Under the pieces are notes generated by a model. That model was not told the origin of the DNA. It saw only the letters and a list, made by a program, of their open reading frames with translations, and did no database searches. Of a DNA stretch of 64,000 nt, positions 57,847 through 64,000 are shown in pieces. Position numbers and translations under genes: made by a program. Within the stretch, counting starts at the first letter, position 1. Every line of letters begins with the position of its first letter. The stretch comes from Eledone cirrhosa (Eukaryota): assembly GCA_964016885.1 (NCBI GenBank), contig OZ024751.1, positions 21,266,001 through 21,330,000 on the forward strand. Direction: 5' to 3'.

Positions 57847-58455
57847 TATATATATATATATTCCCAAGGGAACTCTCATTTACGATATTAACGAATCTAA
57901 GTTTATCTAAAAAAAAGACATTACGTTAATAGTTAGAAATTGTAATATCCGTTTTGTCGTGTCCTTAAAAACTTCTTTTAGGGACATTTAACTAGGAAAT
58001 AACATAATAATAATGCATCTACATACTATATATATATATACATACTTTGATACGTACATACATACATGCACACATATATACATACATATATGCATACATA
58101 CATATACACACATACATACTCACACACTTACATACATACAGCAACACAAATACAAGATTATATTTATATACAAACGCAAATAAACACGTATTTTTAATAT
58201 AAAATAAGAATAATAAATTACAATTTTATATTATTTTCAGGATTAAATATTTTCCAGAAATACCCTCTTCCTTTGTGAAAGCAACAGATTGCTATGAAAA
58301 GATGAAAATATAACCTGTTAGTAGATTCCATTATTAAAAAAAATTGGTGCAGTAGATTTGAAAGATTTTTGTCTGCGGCACCATTTGTGAGAAAATTAAT
58401 GTTAATACATTAATCCCAGAAGTATTAAAACTATTAACTCAAGATGAACCTGAAC

Positions 58456-58524
<69 letters not shown>

Positions 58525-58584
58525 TATATATATATATATACTATATATATATATATATATATGGTATGTATATACATATTTATA

Positions 58585-58632
<48 letters not shown>

Positions 58633-58774
58633 TGTATGTCTATATAGATATTTATTTACATATATACGAGATATACATTGATATAAATGCCTATATAAAT
58701 ATATATGCATAAATATATATATATGCATGTGTGTGTGCACTGTATGTGTTCGTACATATACACACACACACTAT

Positions 58775-58805
<31 letters not shown>

Positions 58806-58814
58806 CACATACAT

Positions 58815-58922
<108 letters not shown>

Positions 58923-59466
58923 GTGTGTGTATGTGTGTGTGCAAAGAAAAATATTCTTTACAAATAATTTTTTTATGAATTTTTTAAAGTAAATAAATAA
59001 TGATTAAATTTTTATTTCTTTTAATGTAATTATTAATTTTATACTCGTTCATTTCTGTAGGAATTTATACTTTTTTTTACTTTTTTTTCATTCAAGGAGA
59101 AAGAAAGGAAGAGAGAAAGAGGTAAAAGAATAGAAACCAAATAAAAGATTCCAAATAAGGTAGTACATAAAATTCTTGAAAATAGAAATCACAAGTATCA
59201 TCATTGTCATCACCATCACCATCATCTCCATCAACATCACCACTATTATTATTACTACGATTGTCACCATCATCATTGTCATCACCATTATCACCATTAC
59301 CATCATCATCACCATCATCTCCATCAACATCACCACTATTATTATTACTACGATTGTCACCATCATCATTGTCATCACCATTATCACCATTACCATCATC
59401 ATCACCATCATCTCCATCAATATCATTACTATTATCCTTAGCACCATTATTACCATTACCAAAAAA

Positions 59467-60493
59467 GGTAGTGGATTGGCAGTATCGGTAGAGCGTCGGA
59501 CGCCATGCTTTGACGTATAGAGTTACGGCCCTTGCCATTCTGAGTTCAAAACCAGCCGAGGTTAACTTTGCCTTTCATCCTTACGGAGTCGATAAAATAA
59601 AGTACCAGTAATACACTGGGTAATTGTTGGCCTTGTGTCAAAAGTAGAACCAATTATTACCATTACCATCATCACCATCATTATCACCACGATTATCACC
59701 ACCATTATCACCACCATTATCACCATCATTATCATCATCACCAGCATCACCACCATCATCACCACCATTATCACCACCATTATCACCACCATTATCACCA
59801 CCATTATCACCACCATCATTATCATCATCACCAGCATCATCACCATTATCACCACCATTATCACCCCCATCATTATCATCATCACCAGCATCATCACCAT
59901 TATCATCACTATAATTTTCATCACTATTATCATCACCACCACCATCATCATCCCCATTACCATCATCATCACCATTATCATAATCGGCATTATAATCGCC
60001 ATCATTATCATCACCATTTCATCACCATTGGCAGTATCGGTAGAGGGCCGGACGCCATGCTTTGACGCAAAGAGTTACAGCCCTTTACGGTCTGAGTTCA
60101 AATCCCGCCGAGGTTAACTTTGCCTTTCATCCTTACGGGGGTCGATAAAATAAAGTACCAGTAATGCACTGGGTAATTGCTGGCCTTGTGCCTAAAGTAG
60201 AAACAATTATTATCATCACTGGGATTGGCAGTATCAGTAGAAGGTCGGACGCCATGCTTTGCAGCATAGAGTTACGCCCCTTTACGTTCTGAGTTCAAAG
60301 CAGAAACAATTATTATCATCATCACCATCACCGTTATCATCACCATTATCTTCATCATTATTTTTCATTATTATCACGACACTTGAGAAAAAAACATTAT
60401 GTCTTTTACCCCTTGAAAATGCATTACTTTAATAACATAACATTTAAAATAGCGATAAGAATATTAACAACATCATCAGCCATGATGATGATG

Positions 60494-60525
<32 letters not shown>

Positions 60526-60980
60526 TATCATTATAGTATTAGCATTATTTTTCAATACGCCCTCTTAAAATGAATATAAAAGAATTATTTAATTCCAAAG
60601 ATTTTCTTGATAAATTGAAACGATGCAGGTTTTCTATTTCTTTTCAACGAAGTTTTTTTTTTAATGAAAGAGAAAAAAAAAAAAGTTTTAAACAAATGAA
60701 TGAATAAATAAGGGAAAAATAATTAGGTAAAATCAGTTTTAAGAATTTCATCGCTTTAATTATTATCATCATTATTATTTATAAAGGCGGTGGATTGGCA
60801 GTATCGGTGGAGGGTCGGACGCCATGCTTTGACGCAAAGAGTTACGGCCCTTTACGGTCTGAGTTCAAATCCCGCCGAGGTTAACTTTGCCTTTCATCCT
60901 TACGGGGTCGATAAAATAAAGTACCAGTAATGTACTGGATAATTGCTGGCCTTGTGCCTAATATAGAAACAATTATTATT
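59467..60980 (+). mobile_element. Four co-oriented S1 SINEs (59467-59658, 60027-60212, 60221-60314 internally deleted, 60786-60980) among (ATC/ATT)n repeats
   Basis: Near-identical to 611-794. Confidence 0.88.
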
Positions 60981-61020
60981 TTATTCTCTTACTGCTTTCA
61001 GTCGGCTGACAGCGGCCATG

Positions 61021-61310
61021 CTGGGGCTCGTGAGCTAGTGGTAAGGGTGTTGGACTTACGATCATAATGTCGTGGGTTCGATTCCTGGACAGGTGTTGTC
61101 AGTTGTGTTCTTGAACAAAACTCTTGATTTCACGTTGGTCCAGTATACACAGCTGAAAATAAGTGCCAACAATAGCTGGGGGTTTAACCCTGCGATGGAC
61201 TGGCGTCCTGTCCAGTGGGGTGGTGAAAGTCTTATACTCACAGTCACTTCACGCTACGAAACCGAGATAAACACCAGCCCAACGAGGAGCCTGATGGATG
61301 GAGACTTGTT
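61021..61310 (+). mobile_element. Second tRNA-derived SINE family (CORE-like)
   Basis: AGCTAGTGGTAAG A box; GGTTCGATTCC B box; TTGTGTTCTTGAACAAAACTCTT core-like block; CCTGCGATGGACTGGCGTCCTGTCCAG tail block. Confidence 0.65.
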
Positions 61311-61429
61311 GGGCACCATTTTGAATAAGTTGATCTTGCTTGGAAGATATTTTATCGATCTCCTTCTGTCAAACAGCTAAGTTACAGGACATAAACACTG
61401 ACATAAATGTAAACAGGGACACAGAAACA

Positions 61430-61485
<56 letters not shown>

Positions 61486-61620
61486 TACACACACACACAT
61501 ATATATATATGTATATATAAATATATATGAAATTTGAAAGATACACATACATATAAACATACATATATATATATATCTGTGTATGTTTCAAATTTCATAT
61601 ATATTTATATATATATACAC

Positions 61621-61714
<94 letters not shown>

Positions 61715-61950
61715 GTATGTGTGTATATATATATATATAAATATATATGAAATTTGAAACATACACAGATATATATAAGTGTGTGTGTGTGTGTTTGTGT
61801 GTGTGAGTTTGTGTGTGAGTGTGTGTGTGTGTGTGTATGTGTGTGTGTGTGAGTTTATGTATGTATGTATCAAACAGAAATAACAAAGCAAACGACACAG
61901 TGCAATGAAGAAATATATCATTAGCTTTACGCTTAATATATATATATAAC

Positions 61951-62024
61951 TATTTCATCTGATGAGTGTACTGGGCGCTTCTGTTTAGATCGTCTAGTTT
62001 CCTGAAACCTTTGGTAATGGAATA
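61951..62024 (+). ncRNA. Type I hammerhead (family C)
   Basis: TATTTCAT-CTGATGA-long stem II-GAAA-CCTTTGG-TA-ATGGAATA. Confidence 0.8.
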
Positions 62025-62332
62025 ATTATATTGTGTTGTTTATTATGTAATTAAATAGCTCTGTACTATACATATAGCACTCTTCTTTCCTTCACCTCTT
62101 ATACGGATATATATATATATATATATATAGATAAATCTACCAAAATATACGGTAGTGTCCAATCCGTATGAACAACTCAATGTAATCCAAATATCATGAA
62201 AAGAGAAGATGCATTCAAAAATTTTCGATAAATATCATAGGATCTTAATTTAATTTATATATACATATATATATATATATATAAAATTACTAAGTCAAAC
62301 ATGTTAAATTTGTCTTCGCTTATTATAATTCT

Positions 62333-62385
62333 CTGCTATATATATTTCAGTTACAGCCATTATTGGCTGTGACCTCATCAGGCAG
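62333..62385 (-). ncRNA. Type I hammerhead (family D)
   Basis: CTGC-CTGATGA-GGTCACAGCCA-ATAA-TGGCTGTAACT-GAAA-TATATA-TA-GCAG. Confidence 0.82.
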
Positions 62386-63001
62386 TACGAATTAATGTAG
62401 AAAAAACAGGTAAACATGGTGTCGTAATTCGTTCCACTGTCAATTCATCGATATGTCCAGCTCCTGGGTGTGTTGTTAGTCCACAGGGGAACTGGAATAT
62501 ATATAGGTAACCCATACACTATAGAAACAATTGTTACCTAATAAATTCTGTATACCCGCATTTCCATTTCATAAACTTCTTCTCTCTCTATATATATATA
62601 TATATATTTATATATATAAAATATATATAGTAATAATAATAAATGTGAAGTCTAAAATCCGAAGAGGACTCGATAAGGATAAATATATATCAGGAGATCC
62701 TGTTAAGGGTGAAAGCAGCGATTCTTTGCTTAAACTTTAATCTGCTATTTTAATAAATATATATATATATGTTTAAGCAAAGGGATATTTAATTTGTTGG
62801 TAATTCAACAGATATATATATTTATAACTGATTCGAAGCACTCAACAGATTTTCTGGAGTATAATATCAATGATATTAATAAATGGAAATTATATTTATA
62901 AAACCATATTTATTCTATTATATATATTTCAAGGGCACCAAAACTCTTGAACCGTTAAGATCTCCTTCCTGGATATGTCAATATTTATAAAACAAACTTT
63001 G

Positions 63002-63062
63002 TATTTTATCTGATGAGAGCGTACCAAAGTTTTGGTACCCTTGAAATATATATAATAGGATA
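63002..63062 (+). ncRNA. Type I hammerhead (family B) in fold-back 62771-63110
   Basis: TATTTTAT-CTGATGA-..GTACCA..TGGTAC..-GAAA-TATATA-TA-ATAGGATA. Confidence 0.85.
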
Positions 63063-63108
63063 AATATGGTTTTATAAATATAGTTTCCATTTATTAATAT
63101 CATTGATA

Positions 63109-63170
<62 letters not shown>

Positions 63171-63285
63171 GTAGGTCCCGGGTTGAGTCGGGGATAACCA
63201 CAGTAAGTAAGGTACTCAATACATGGCAGAGTAAAATATTTTTATTTTATAGAAGGAGCTTCTACAGGACTAGTACTGTTTCATT

Positions 63286-63338
63286 GAGCTTCCTGAAGAT
63301 TTCATCTGAATGAAACAGTACTAGTCCTGTAGAAGCTC
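63286..63338 (+). ncRNA. Type I hammerhead (family A) in fold-back 63170-63353
   Basis: GAGCTTC-CTGAAGA-TTTCATCTGAAT-GAA-ACAG-loop-CTGT-A-GAAGCTC; perfect stems I and III; GUA site. Confidence 0.88.
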
Positions 63339-63503
63339 CTTCTATAAAATAAATATATATATATATATATATAAATGAAGTAATTCCGTCGGAAAAGTCC
63401 AGGAAAAAAGAGTGCTCTATGTAGGTAACAAAGCTTAATAGTTATGTAATAAACAACATAAGGCAATTATTCCATTTACCAGTGGTTTCTTAAACCAGGA
63501 TTT

Positions 63504-63563
63504 TTTCATTCTGATGATTGAAAGCAAAATTTTTTGCTTTTAAGAAACCACTGGTAAATGGAA
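63504..63563 (+). ncRNA. Type I hammerhead (family C) in fold-back 63375-63591
   Basis: TTTCATT-CTGATGA-TTGAAAGCAA..TTGCTTTTAA-GAAA-CCACTGG-TA-AATGGAA. Confidence 0.85.
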
Positions 63564-63592
63564 TAATTGCCTTATGTTGTTTATTACATAAT

Positions 63593-63706
<114 letters not shown>

Positions 63707-63876
63707 TGTGTGTGTGTGTGTGTGTGTGTGTGTTTATGTGTGTCTCTGTGGAGGGGCGGAGCTGTGAAAGTCCATTTCTTTTTATTGTGTGATTAAATTA
63801 ACTGAAATATTTACGCCTGGTAGATGATAATGTCCGTCTGTCTGTTTGTCTGTCCATCAGCGTGTCTGTGTCAGCT

Positions 63877-63908
<32 letters not shown>

Positions 63909-64000
63909 TCTCTCACTCGTTTCTTCTGGATATCTGGCTATATATCTGTCTGTCTGTCATTCAGTCCCATCATCACAAGTTTGCACCAAATTTTCTCTCT

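Overview
AT-rich, microsatellite-saturated eukaryotic DNA. I infer a cephalopod, probably Octopus, from the repeat landscape, but this is not proven. No host protein-coding exon can be supported, and most listed ORFs are translations of simple repeats. The window is a dense community of retroelements sorted by microsatellite type. (1) Two apparently intact ~6-kb L1/Tx1-clade LINEs (ORF1 with CCHC knuckle; ORF2 APE-RT-CCHC) are present, one embedded in (TATC)n with five truncated relatives nearby and one embedded in (ATT)n. (2) About 15 complete or partial type-I hammerhead ribozyme motifs from at least 6 sequence families sit mostly in (TA)n tracts, often as asymmetric fold-back units like Penelope-like (PLE) pseudo-LTR remnants, with a shared tail motif. 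(3) RTE-clade fragments and a bipartite RTE-derived non-autonomous element with (ATGT)n tail are present. (4) R4/Dong-like RLE fragments sit in (ATAC)n. (5) Many tRNA-derived SINEs carry a 3' end that aligns with the Tx1 3' end. The most notable observations are the microsatellite target switch between sister Tx1 elements, a conserved GGTAAGTG donor over the ORF1 stop that would splice ORF1 in frame to ORF2 in both elements, and the hammerhead fold-back families. There is an assembly gap at 36600-36799.
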